In this document: piece after piece, positions 1 to 15,954 of the stretch
Layout of the letters: the number at the start of each line of letters is the position of its first letter
Numbering within the stretch: position 1 is the stretch's first letter
DNA from: Eledone cirrhosa
Lineage: Eukaryota
Reading direction: 5' to 3'
Length of the DNA stretch: 64,000 nt
Assembly (NCBI GenBank): GCA_964016885.1
Contig: OZ024740.1
Location: 288,858,001 to 288,922,000, forward strand
Translations under genes and position numbers: made by a program
The notes under the pieces: generated by a model
Databases searched by the model: none
The model's input: the letters and a program-made list of their open reading frames with translations, nothing else
What the model was told of the DNA's origin: nothing

Positions 1-43
<43 letters not shown>

Positions 44-520
44 TAAATGTGTGTGTGTGTGTTTGTATATATATATATATATATATATGAGTATATTTTT
101 TTATTCATTCATGTTCTGCTTATTAAAACATTTTTTTTTAAGTCTTAAGTTTTCAGGCTTAATGTCTGTGTGGCTTAAAATGTTCACCTCGCTAGCACAT
201 CTTTCTGGGCTGGATCCCAATTCTGTGCACTTTCACTGAGTCTCTTCTGCCATACCCTCAAGTTGACTAATGTCTTTAAGAGAAAATTGGATGGAAAGAA
301 ACTTTGCAGAAGCACATCATCATCATCATCGTCGTCATCAGCAGCATTTATTAATGATGATGATGATGGTGATGTGCTTCCACACAGTTTCTTTCCCTCG
401 AATTTCCCCCATGTGTATGTAGGTCAATAAGGGATTGCCAATAGATAAAAGCATCAAATAAAAATACCTTGTGTTACTTATTCCCTTCAAGTAATATAAG
501 GAATGTTAGTGGAATGATCA

Positions 521-552
<32 letters not shown>

Positions 553-826
553 CATACATACCAAGGTATTTGATAAAGATTGGTGCAATAAGTACCAAAT
601 ACTGATAACCAATTTATTCATCAAAAGCATTGAACCACTGGCATGGTCTGAGTTCAGTGATTACAGACCAAAACAATTGGTAGACTCTGTTCTGAGGCCA
701 TGTTTACTTGAAACATGGAATGAAATGCCACAGCATATTTGAACTCATTAACTGGTAATCCAATATCACTCAACCCTCATGCCTCTTTCTATTTATTTAT
801 GTGTGTTTGTGTCACATATATATTTA

Positions 827-875
<49 letters not shown>

Positions 876-1410
876 TTTATATATATATATATGTATATTT
901 TATATATATGTGTGTGTGTAGCTGTGTGGATAAGAAGTTTGCTTTACAACTATATGGTTCCAATTTCCGTCCCACTATACAGCACCCTTGATACAGTACT
1001 TTTCAACTTCAGCTTCTTGTTGGTTAATGCTTCCTGGGTAGAATTTGTATACATCTATGTGTATGTATGTATGTGTCTATGTTTATGTACATCAGTGAAT
1101 CGAGTTGTGTTCCTTTATGTCAGAAGGTAACTTACCCATACAATAAATAGAGATCAGTAAAATAAATACCAGACTGAAATAAGTACTAGGGTGGTGTTAA
1201 TATAATCGATTAAAATCTTTGAAGGAGGTGTCCCAGCATGGCAACAGACCAATGACTGAAGCCATTAAAAGAATAAAAGGAGATATGTATAAAGTATGTA
1301 TTTATATAATGAACATTAATGGACTTTTACATTATATTTACTGACTGATGACTAGAGAGATTTATTATAGAGCAGTCTGTACTTGAACCAAGAACTATTT
1401 TGTTTTTCAG

Positions 1411-1467
1411 AACAGACAGATTTGCCACAACAGATGTCCACTGAAGAATCACAGAGCAAAACAGAAG
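1411..1467 (+). CDS. Internal coding exon of unidentified + strand gene ((E)QTDLPQQMSTEESQSKTE)
   Basis: ttttgtttttcag acceptor, AAG|gtgatt donor, 57 bp, phase 1/1, open frame; splices in frame to the 4199 exon. Confidence 0.65.
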
Positions 1468-1759
1468 GTGATTTGAACATGTGAATTTATTTTTATCGAC
1501 ATGTTGTTTTTAATTTTGGTTTTGTTGCTGTTGTGATTTGATCAGTACTATACATATATATGCTCTAAGTTATCACATTCTACAAATATATATATACATA
1601 GGGAAAGTTAAATGAAATATACACTCAATTAACATACATACATACTTACACATGCCCACACATGTATAATATTCCAGCTTTACTCTTCTTACCATAAAGC
1701 TAAGGAATTTGATTAAAACAGTCTGTACAGAATGTGTGTAAATGTTAATGAAATGAGCA

Positions 1760-1818
<59 letters not shown>

Positions 1819-1852
1819 TTGTGTGTATATATATGTGTGTGAATATATACGA

Positions 1853-2188
1853 GGCACATAGCTTAGTGGTTAGAGCATTGGCCTTGCAATCAAATGGTTG
1901 TGAGTTCAATTCTCAGACCGGGTGATGTGTTGTTTCCTTGAGCAAGACACTTTATTTCACATTGCTCTAGTTTACTCAGCTGTAGAAATGAGATGATAGG
2001 GACTGGGGTCCATATCATTCCACTGCAAAGTGGTCATGGAGGTGCCACGGCAAAAAAGCACCCAGCACTCATTGTAAATGAGGTTGGTGTTAGGCAAAGC
2101 ATCCAGCTGTAGAAATCAAGCCAGAATCAGTTCCCGTATGAGCAAGACAAGCAGGGAAAAGCGGACGTAAAAATGATGATGATGATGA
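1853..2188 (+). mobile_element. tRNA-derived SINE with (TGA)n tail
   Basis: A/B box-like head (tagcttagtggttagagc...gagttcaattctc); near-identical copy on - strand at 51436-51775. Confidence 0.85.
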
Positions 2189-2631
2189 TATATAAAGAGA
2201 GAGAGAGAGATGTAGCATTATAGAAAGCAGTGTTTTAGAAGTCTACAACAATGGAGATAGAATGTTAGATGTTAAAAACAACAATAAGAAGACTATTGGA
2301 AATATTTAATTAAATGTTTGTGTTTTGAGGAGTAAAATTCTCCTTGTTAAAAAAATGGTTAAGGAAACTAAGTCAGAGCATGAGACCCTCTGTGGCCTTA
2401 TACTCCATGTGATTCTGCTTAATGTTCTGTTGAATGCATTCTTTCATTAATGTACCCCTCATATACACTCTTTGTCACTGATCTTCAGTGAAATATCATT
2501 AAAACCATCACCAGTTTTCTGAACACACACACACACACACACATATATACATACACACACACAATATACACATATATATTATTGATGGCACACTTTCTCT
2601 CTCTAGTGGGTTACCTTTTCAACATAGTGTG

Positions 2632-2664
<33 letters not shown>

Positions 2665-2691
2665 ATATATATAGATGGAATAGATATATAC

Positions 2692-2822
<131 letters not shown>

Positions 2823-3031
2823 CATATATACGATATTAACAAATGGAAACTATATTTATAAAACCATATTTATTTCATTATACATATTTCAAGGATACCA
2901 AGTCAAACCATGGTATGCCTTCATCAGACAAAATACAATATATATCAGTTTTATAAATAAGCATTGACGTACCCTTTCAAAATGCGACCATTACTTTTGG
3001 AGGACATATATATACATACATATATATATAC

Positions 3032-3098
<67 letters not shown>

Positions 3099-3099
3099 G

Positions 3100-3650
3100 A
3101 ATATTTAAACAAATTTTTAAAAGACCTTAAAAGTTATTAAAAAATATTTATACGAGATAAGTATATTTAAAAAAAAAAAATAAGTAATTTTTACATATAG
3201 GAAATATTTTGGAAGTAGAAGATAATAAATAATGAAAAAGAAAGATTTAAGAAGTAGAAAATAAAAATAAAAATAAAGAATTAAAAAAACCTTAAAAAAT
3301 ATTAAAATTAAAGTTAAAATTAAAATTTAAAAATTTTAGGATCATATATGTATATAATTTAAGTAATTTTAATAAGTGAAGTTATAAGAAGTGAAAATAT
3401 AGCAAACAATATATGGAAATAAGTAGAAATATTATAAGTGTAATTATAATTTATATATAGTTCTAAATGTTGAATTTAGGTGATGTTTACAAGAACTAAA
3501 TAAATTTGTACGTATATTAATAGAGTTCTTACATTTAAGTATGAAGAAAATTTCCTCAACACATAATTTGCAAAATCTAGATAAAGCATGGTTGCCCTTG
3601 AAATATATATAATAAAATAAATATGGTTTTATAATTATAGTTTCCATTTA
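3100..3650 (-). mobile_element. AT-rich Penelope-like 3' fragment (GIY-YIG C-terminus)
   Basis: ORF 3444-3647 CKLCVEE...NIRTNLFSSCKH parallels CNLCSEE...NKKDELVTACKH of ORF 28175-28594. Confidence 0.55.
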
Positions 3651-3744
3651 TTTAATATCATGGAATATTTACTCCAGTAACTTGTTGAGTGCTCTAAATC
3701 AGTTATAAACATTTATGTTTGTCGGAATCCCAACAAATTAAATA

Positions 3745-4185
<441 letters not shown>

Positions 4186-4198
4186 AACACAATTCCAG

Positions 4199-7100
4199 AA
4201 CCTGGCAGCTTCGTGGAACCTCTCTACAAGTCACCTGGCGATGTTAACTATGATGGTGGTGATACTAATTATGACGTTGGTGGTGATGGCGCTAATGCTC
4301 CTGGTGATGTTGGCCATGCTACCTATGATGTAGGCCATGCTGCTGCTGATGTTTCTGATGCCACTTACAACAGTGGTAATGCTACTTACAATGTCTGTGA
4401 TACTACTAGCAATGTTAGCGATACTATTACTAGTGGTGGTGATGCTACTCCCTATGGTGGTGGTGATGCTACTGCCTATAGTGGTGGTGTTGCTACTCCC
4501 TATGGTGGTGGTGATGCTACTGCCTATAGTGGTGGTGATGCTACTCCCTATAGTGGTGGTGATGCTACTGCCTATAGTGGTGGTGTTGCTACTCCCTATG
4601 GTGGTGGTGATGCTACTGCCTATAGTGGTGGTGATGCTACTCCCTATAGTGGTGATGCTACTCCCTATAGTGGTGGTGATACTACTGCCTATAGTGGTGG
4701 TGATGCTACTCCCTATGGTGGTGGTGATGCTACTGCCTATAGTGGTGGTGATGCTACTCCCTATAGTGGTGGTGATGCTACTCCCTATGGTGGTGGTGAT
4801 GCTACTCCCTATAGTGGTGGTGATGCTACTCCCTATAGAGGTGGTGATACTACTCCCTATAGTGGTGGTGATGCTACTCCCTATAGTGGTGGTGATGCTA
4901 CTCCCTATAGTGGTGGTGATGCTACTCCCTATAGTGGTGGTGATGCTACTCCCTATAGTGGTGGTGATCCTACTCCCTATAGTGGTGGTGATGCTACTGC
5001 CTATAGTGGTGGTGATGCTACTGCCTATAGTGGTGGTGATGCTACTGCCTATAGTGGTGGTGATGCTACTCCCTATAGTGGTGGTGATGCTACTGCCTAT
5101 AGTGGTGGTGATGCTACTGCCTATAGTGGTGGTGATGCTACTCCCTATAGTGGTGGTGATGTTACTCCCTATAGTGGTGGTGATGCTACTGCCTATGGTG
5201 GTGGTGATGCTACTGCCTATAGTGGTGGTGATGCTACTCCCTATAGTGGTGGTGATGCTACTCCCTATAGTGGTGGTGATGCTACTCCCTGTGGTGGTGG
5301 TGATACTACTGCCTATGGAGGTGGTGATACTACTGCCTATAGTGGTGATAATACTGCCTATGGTGGTGGTGATGCTACTGCCTATGGTGGTGGTGATGCT
5401 ACTGCCTATAGTGGTGGTGATGCTACTCTCTATAGTGGTGGTGATGCTACTGCCTATAGTGGTGGTGATGCTACTGCCTATGGTGGTGGTGATGCTACTA
5501 TCTATGGTGGTGGTGATGCTACTCCCTATAGTGGTGGTGATGCTACTCCCTATAGTGGTGGTGATGCTACTCCCTATAGTGGTGGTGATACTACTGCCTA
5601 TAGTGGTGGTGATGCTACTGCCTATAGTGGTGGTGTTGCTACTCCCTATAGTGGTGGTGATGCTACTGCCTATGGTGGTGGTGATGCTACTCCCTATGGT
5701 GGTGGTGATGCTACTGCCTATGGTGGTGGTGATGCTACTCCCTATGGTGGTGGTGATGCTACTGCCTATAGTGGTGGTGATGCTACTGCCTATAGAGGTG
5801 GTGATGCTACTCCCTATAGAGGTGGTGATGCTACTCCCTATAGTGGTGGTGATGCTACTCCCTATAGAGGTGGTGATACTACTCCCTATAGTGGTGGTGA
5901 TGCTACTGCTTATAGTGGTGGTGATGCTACTGCCTATGGTGGTGGTGATGCTACTGCTTATAGTGGTGTTGATACTACTCCCTATAGTGGTGGTGTTGCT
6001 ACTGCCTATGGTGGTGATGCTACTGCCTATAGTGGTGGTGATGCTACTCCCTATAGTGGTGGTGATGCTACTGCCTATAGTGGTGGTGATGCTACTCCCT
6101 ATAGTGGTGGTGATGCTACTCCCTATAGTGGTGGTGATGCTACTGCCTATGGTGGTGGTGATGTTACTGCCTATGGTAGTGGTGATGCTACTGCCTATAG
6201 TGGTGGTGATGCTACTGCCTATAGTGGTGGTGATGCTACTGCCTATAGTGGTGGTGATGCTACTGCCTATGGTGGTGGTGATGTTACTGCCTATAGTGGT
6301 GGTGATGCTACTGCCTATAGTGGTGGTGATGCTACTGCCTATAGTGGTGGTGATGCTACTGCCTATGGTGGTGGTGATGTTACTGCCTATAGTGGTGGTG
6401 ATGCTACTGCCTATAGTGGTGGTGATGCTACTCCCTGTGGTGGTGGTGATGCTACTCCCTGTGGTGGTGGTGATACTACTGCCTATGGAGGTGGTGATAC
6501 TACTGCCTATAGTGGTGGTGATGCTACTGCCTATGGTGGTGGTGATGCTACTGCCTATAGTGGTGGTGATGCTACTCCCTGTGGTGGTGGTGATACTACT
6601 GCCTATGGAGGTGGTGATACTACTGCCTATAGTGGTGATAATACTGCCTATGGTGGTGATTCTACTCCCTATGTTGGTGAAGCTATTGCCAATGTTAGTG
6701 ATTCTACTCCCTATGGTGACACTACTACCTGTGGTGGTGATGCTACTGCCTATGGTGGTGATACTATTACTTATGGTGGTGATAATACTGCTTATGGTGG
6801 TGGTGATGCTACTGCTTATGGTGGTGATGGTACTGCCTATGGAAGTCATGGTACTGCCTATGGTGGTGGTGAAGCTACTTATTATGGCAGTGATGCTAAC
6901 TATAAGGTTGGTGATGCTACTACCAATGTCGGTGATGCTACTTATGGTAGTGATGCTAATTACAATGTTAACAATACTACCTACTATGGTGGTGATGCTA
7001 CTTATGAAGATGGTGATGCTACCACTTATGATGTTGGTGGCACTATTTATGATGACAATGCTGGTGCAACTACTTACTATGTTGACGATGCTACTTATGA

Positions 7101-7285
7101 TGGTGGAAATGCTACTTGTGACGGTGGGAATGCTACATATGATGGTGGAAATGCCAATTATGATATCTGTGATGCTAATGATGATGATATTGGTGATGAG
7201 GATGGAGCCATTGAATACTATGATGCCACCCAAGGATTTGATGGTATTCCTCTGTCAGAAGCTGCTGAAGGTGAAAATCTGAAAG
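4199..7285 (+). CDS. Giant repeat exon encoding Gly/Asp/Tyr-rich GGDAT(A/P)Y(S/G) octapeptide array
   Basis: ccag|AA CCT phase-1 entry; open frame ~1030 codons; phase-1 donor at 7285 (alternative 7270); indels are multiples of 3; acceptor pyrimidine tract is weak. Confidence 0.6.
4435..6660 (+). repeat. 24-bp (occasionally 21-bp) minisatellite GGTGGTGATGCTACT(G/C)CCTATAGT
   Basis: Direct tandem repeats, about 90 units. Confidence 0.95.
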
Positions 7286-9344
7286 GTTTGCTAAGTTGCC
7301 ACAACCTATATTTTTGCCAGGCATCAATCAATTTACGCTACTGGCCTAGCTGCAACGTAAAATTTCAATGAGTTACTAGCTACTTGTTGCCTTTACCATT
7401 GGGGACCTCACTATGAGTCTTAGACAGATATGTCAATTATATATGAGCTTTGATGGCTATGAGGTTAAGAGACTGAACTACTGACCTGACAGTTAGTAGC
7501 TCAAACTTTAAAGTCTATGCTCATTGTTTGGTGCTCATGGTAAGGTAACTAATCAAACTTGCTTCTGTGTGATTGAGTGAACAAGAAGAAAAAGAAAAAA
7601 AAATAGGCTTAACTCCCTACAAAATTAGTGAGTGATTAGTAATAAGGAATAACAAAAATCCTGCTGTGAAAACGTTTGCTAATCTCACCTATGAAATAAT
7701 GGATATAAAATTGATCCATAAAAGGTGGGGGTAGGGATTTTTTAAATGATGCTTTATTAAATGCTTCGTGCAATTCAGACTTTGGCATTATTTAGCTTTG
7801 CTGATCTTGCAGTGTTCCTTTTGAACCAAAGCTACATGCAATCACACACACACACACAACACATGCATACACATACATACGTACATATACAATACACATT
7901 CATGCATAACACCACACATACATATACAACACACACATGTGCACACTAACACATACAAGATGTTACTCCTTTAATTTTAGTATCACTTATAATATAGATC
8001 CCTTTGACAAACTTTTCTGAGAGTTTAATTAATGAAATTTGTATTAACACACTTGTACTTATATTAATATTACCCCAACACCACCCAGAACAAAAGGCAA
8101 AAATAACCTTGATGGTGTATGCAATCTCAGAGCATACAGAAATATTGATTTCTACTATAGGCACAAGGCCAGCAATTTGTGGAGAGGGGAAAGTCGATTA
8201 AATTGACCCCAGTGCATTACTGGTGCTTTATTTTATCGACCCCATAAGGATGAAAGGTGGAATTTGAACTCATTACGGGATAAACTGTAGATTTCACAAT
8301 TTTTAGAAGGCCTGCAAAATTCATGGGTATATGACTAAAATATTTCAAGGTGTCAGTTATATAACATTAAAGCCATATGTCCTTTTTTTATATTTATATG
8401 GGCTAGTTTTTCTGACCTGTAGAGTTTTCAGTTCATATCTTCTGCAAATGTTTTGTTGTGTGCCTTGGCCAAATAATACATCATGCTTATGGATGCAGAA
8501 TGGTTTAGAAGTCCACTTCCCAATCATTATGTAGCAAGTCTGATCCCACTCTGTGGCATCTTGGGCGAGTGCCATTTACAGCCTCAGGTCAACCCATGTT
8601 TTGTCAATGGAATTGGATAGACAGGTGTTTGGAAACCTATCGGATAGACTGTACCTGTAATTTAAAGGATCAGAATTATATTAAGAGTGCACATGTCTGT
8701 GGAATACTCAGCCACTTGTATGTTAACTCATGGGCAGGATGATCCATGGATTGAACATCTTTGAAACCAATCATATTATAGATACTATTTAGAGAGTATT
8801 TATAGTCACTAATTGTTAGTCTATTTTAGGGTTAAACAATCTTTACTTCACATTTATCTACTGACTTTTCACACCTATATCTTTGAATATGCAATATTAT
8901 ATTCAGCAAATACAAAAAGTGGGAGAAACAAAAAAGGTCAGAAAAAATCAACCAATCAGAACAGTTGTAACATTAATATCCACTCCAACTTACTGCAATT
9001 AGTTGTATAACTTCTTTCAATTGGTTAAAAACAGACTGCATTATATTCAATAGTTTCAATATTTCTCTACCAGAGTCTCATATTACTGCCACCCACTAAA
9101 CACAAGCATTCTGCCACTGACAAAGCCTTCAAATGTCGTTTTTATATATTTACGTTTCTTTCTTTTATATATGTATTTTTTTTTTATTTAATTTCGCTTC
9201 TAGTTTGTCCTTGTTGATTATTTTTGTTTCTATTTTTAAAGAAATTGTTTTAATTGAAGGACTTTTGTTGTATATCTTGAAACTGCTTTTAGCAATGCTT
9301 ATGAAAAAGGACAAACAAAATTATTATTATTATTATTATTATTA

Positions 9345-9560
9345 TTCAGTGGTTTGGCATTATCAGTAGAGGGCTGGACGCCATGCTTTGCAGCATAGAG
9401 TTACGGCCCTTTGTGATCTGAGTTCAAATCCCGCCGAGGTTAGCTTTGCTTTTCATCCTTACGGGGTCGATAAAATAAAGCATCAGTAACATACTGGGGT
9501 CGATTTAATCGACTTTCCCCTCCCCCAAATATAAGAAACCATTGTTATTATTATTATTAT
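9345..9560 (+). mobile_element. tRNA-derived SINE (family with ttcatccttacggggtcgataaa core)
   Basis: Same family on - strand at about 8150-8280, 24015-24115, 32010-32190, 37022-37205, 44022-44138, 57065-57170 and 59395-59578. Confidence 0.8.
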
Positions 9561-9951
9561 CATTTTAATCCATGCAGTGTATCTTAATTATCTTGCAAGT
9601 AGCTTGCTTAAAATACTTTAATATCTTTGCTTTTTATCCATCCACTGCTATATAAATGTGTGTGTATATATATATGTATGCACATGTCTATAGACATATA
9701 TATATATATACACTCATTGAGTATTGTATTGTACTAATATATAATTTGTTTCATAGATCTATATTCTATATTATTGAAATACAGTAAACTGTTTACTTTT
9801 TCTGCTTCAGTCCTAACAAAAATGCTTTTAATTTCTGAATAGGGGTGGAGAAGAGATGTATGAAATATATTGGGTGTTTATTCAGATTTTTTCCCAAAGG
9901 GAAACAAATATCTTTGGTTTATTGAGGTGTTCAAAAGAAATACATACATAC

Positions 9952-12840
<2,889 letters not shown>

Positions 12841-13628
12841 AGTAATATTAAATGTGAAGACTAAAATCCAAAGGATTATATATATATATATAAATATAAA
12901 AGCCATAGAGCAAATATTTATTATAAGAACAGATTAAAGTTTAAGCCAGGAATTGCTGCTTTCAGAAGATCCCGTTAAGGGTGAAAGCAGCAATTCTTTG
13001 CTTAAACTTTAATTTGTTCTTATAATAAATATTTACTCTACAGCTTTTATATTTATGTATATCTTATATTTATATATATGTATGTGTATATATGTGTGTG
13101 TATATATGTGTATGTGTGTATATAAATATATATGTGTGTGTGCGTGTAAAATTTACCTCAAATAGAAATCAGTAGCTAGAAGAGTGTTGGCTCACGGAAG
13201 TGATAGGAAGAAAGGAGAAAAGGTATAAAATGGATGAGATGGGATCACACAAACATAAATACTGTTGTAAGTAGATTTATGTATGAGGTGGAAGGGGGGA
13301 AAGAGGAAGATACTGAAATAAGGAAAAGAATAGAAATATGTTCCTCTCTCCCTTTGTCATGACACTTGGCAAAGAACAACTCCCATTACTAACCAAGGAC
13401 ATGAGCATTATATATTATGATGTTTGTGTGTACTTGTTGGTTTTATCAAATAGGAGAAAAAGTACTTATAGTAGAGTGGAGCCTGTTATTCTCTAGTTTC
13501 CCCATTTATTCCACCAACAATATATTGGTCAACTCATGACCATAGTAGAATACATTTATCCATGGTCTTGGGAAGTCGAATCATGTGTGCATGTACATTA
13601 TTTATAACCATATCCTTTGACCTGTTAA

Positions 13629-13800
13629 CCCTTTAGCATTTAAACCGGCCATAACTGGCTGCTCATACTTATGTTAAGGCATTGTTCTCAAAATAAATAT
13701 TAAAATTTCATAGATTCGATATTATGTGAGATAATTATGTGAGGTAAAGCCTTTACAGTGAAAATACAATAGTAAATAATGTAATGTAAATTCTAAAGGG
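13629..13800. mobile_element. piggyBac-type MITE
   Basis: TTAA TSDs (13625-28, 13801-04) and CCCTTTAG/CTAAAGGG TIRs; sibling at 58997-59187. Confidence 0.85.
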
Positions 13801-14023
13801 TTAAACATCTGTTCTCCACCTTGAAACACTTGCAATGTAACTTCTCAAACTAACAACCTCTATCCCTTCCTACATTTCTCTCTAATAATCTCAATTGGCT
13901 GAGTCTTTATAATTAATATGTTCATGCTGCATTCATGTCTAATGTGCTTCATATATCATTTCTGTTTTTTTTCTCTTTGTTTTCTTTTCCCCCCTTGCCT
14001 TTTATCTGCTTCCGTTTCTCAAG

Positions 14024-14084
14024 AACGACGAGATTCCGATGTGGCGCCTGATGCCGAAACTGATGACACTGCCCAAGCTACCAG
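14024..14084 (+). CDS. Internal coding exon ((E)RRDSDVAPDAETDDTAQAT)
   Basis: Long polypyrimidine tract + aag acceptor, CAG|gtaaca donor, phase 1 in / phase 2 out. Confidence 0.75.
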
Positions 14085-15752
14085 GTAACAGCGTTGATTG
14101 ACCACAGTTTAGAACATTAGTTGGGTGGGGACAAGGTTTTGTTATCTTTCACTGATGCTGTTTCTGTGTTATATTGTAGCAGCAGAAAAATGTCTTGTTA
14201 CAACTTCAACTGTTAGGTACACTATTACAATACATGACACCATATTATCACTACAGTAGTACTCAATAACACCTAACACTTCACTCCTGCATCAGAAGTA
14301 CTCTGTACTAGTACTACTACTATTACATCAGCACATGACACTTTGCTACCACTACACCCTCATATATATATATGTCGACCTTCATCAAATCGGACTGAGG
14401 AAACAATGTTTCAATTGGTCTTTCCAATTGCTAATACTACTTACCGGTCAAAAATCCAGGCAGAAGGAGCAACGTGAAATAAAGTGTCTTGCTCAAGGAT
14501 ATAATGCATTGCTCGGTCCAGGAATCAAACTCACAACCTCATGATTGCAAATCCAATTCTCTAACCATTCAGCCACATGCCATATATATATGTGTATATG
14601 TATATATATTTGTGTTGAATGCCTGGCTAAGGTTGTTGTTCAAAACACTCCGCGGAGCCCTTGCAGGTCCCCAGATCAAGACAGCCCTGAAGGATATTAA
14701 TAACAACGCCATAAAACAAGACAACCTCACTAATGTTGGTGCCATGACAAAATATATCCAGTAAAATGGTTGATAATAGGAAGGACATCCAGCTCTAGAA
14801 AGTTCGTCAAAATGGAATGTATTTGGGTGAGCTGTGGTCCCTGATTCACTTAGGACAGTAACTCCAATTAATTTAGGACTTGGTCTATAACAACCTGTCC
14901 AACCAGTGATGGCATGTAAAAACTCACATAAAATGGTGATGAGGATTTCAATGTCCAAAGTCAGACACCAATGTGAACAGTTCTAGGATGTTGATCCCTA
15001 TATTGTTTCTGAGGCATGGCTAACTATTTGTTTATTTCAGATCAGCAGTCTGTTAAGGAGCTCATTCTTCATTAGATTTAATATTATGTTTTCTGGATAT
15101 GTTCTCTCCTCTGTTCTCCCAACTAATCTAACTTAGGCGGAACATCCTGCCTATTTTGTAAATTTTAAGAATTCACTAGAAAGAATTAAAATTGTTACAA
15201 ATTCTTGAAATATTTCAACTCAAAGATTTATGGTTATATTAATGAGATTTTTTTTTTTGTCTTTTTTTTTTTTTTCAAATTTGATCAATTCTAGAATTGC
15301 TCTTGTTATCATCACAATTCTTTATCCATTAATCCAGTTGCTTTATTTCTTGTAAAATTATGCCATTATTACCTTGACAACCAAACTACTTATATTATCT
15401 TTTGCAAGACAAAAATTTAACTGTCTGCATGTCTGCAAAGCCAATTGCTCCTTTAAAGAATCATGCGGCAATCTAGCACTGAAATTTAGCATGAAAGTTA
15501 CTAACAAACAATTACATGTATATATATATATATATATGGTTTGATTAATATTGCTATAAAAGCTCTATCATTGGATATCTGGTTAAAATGAAAGAGATTT
15601 ATGTGAGGAAAATGTGAATTAGCCAATGTCTAACTTATAGACAGGCTATTTGTTTATCCTGTAGGACTGACCATACATGTATTCTGTCACATCTTTTGCT
15701 CTTTGCTATTCATTGCTTCATTGGGAATTTTGATTTGGTTCTTCTTCTTTAG

Positions 15753-15954
15753 CCTAATGATGAAGAAAGAAATTCACAAAAAGACGTGCATGCGAGATGG
15801 ACGTGAAGAAACATTTATCCAAGAAGAGTCTCGTGTGGAACAACAGAATGAAACACCAGAAGAATTGCGTGAAAGCATGCAGCAAATTATCGACCAGTTT
15901 ATGCAAACTCCAAGTGAATTCGACCAACGACAGTGCTTGGAAGACGATGTCTAA
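15753..15954 (+). CDS. Terminal coding exon (SLMMKKEIHKKTCMRDGREETFIQEESRVEQQNETPEELRESMQQIIDQFM...EDDV*); possibly an ankyrin-like C-terminus (unverified recollection)
   Basis: cttcttctttag acceptor; phase 2 matches preceding exon (AG|C = Ser); stop TAA ends at 15954; protein-like composition. Confidence 0.75.

Noticed and set aside
1853-1925. tRNA-like head
   Set aside because: Part of a SINE; no complete cloverleaf
3100-3440. Possible NUMT because of extreme AT content
   Set aside because: No mitochondrial gene motif recognised; the adjacent ORF fits Penelope
4435-6660. CRISPR-like periodicity
   Set aside because: No unique spacers; eukaryotic context
4231-7282. Alternative-frame ORFs (GSSITTTI on -, MLLPIVVV on +)
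   Set aside because: By-products of the 24-bp repeat; splice phase and flanking composition favour the GGDATxYS frame
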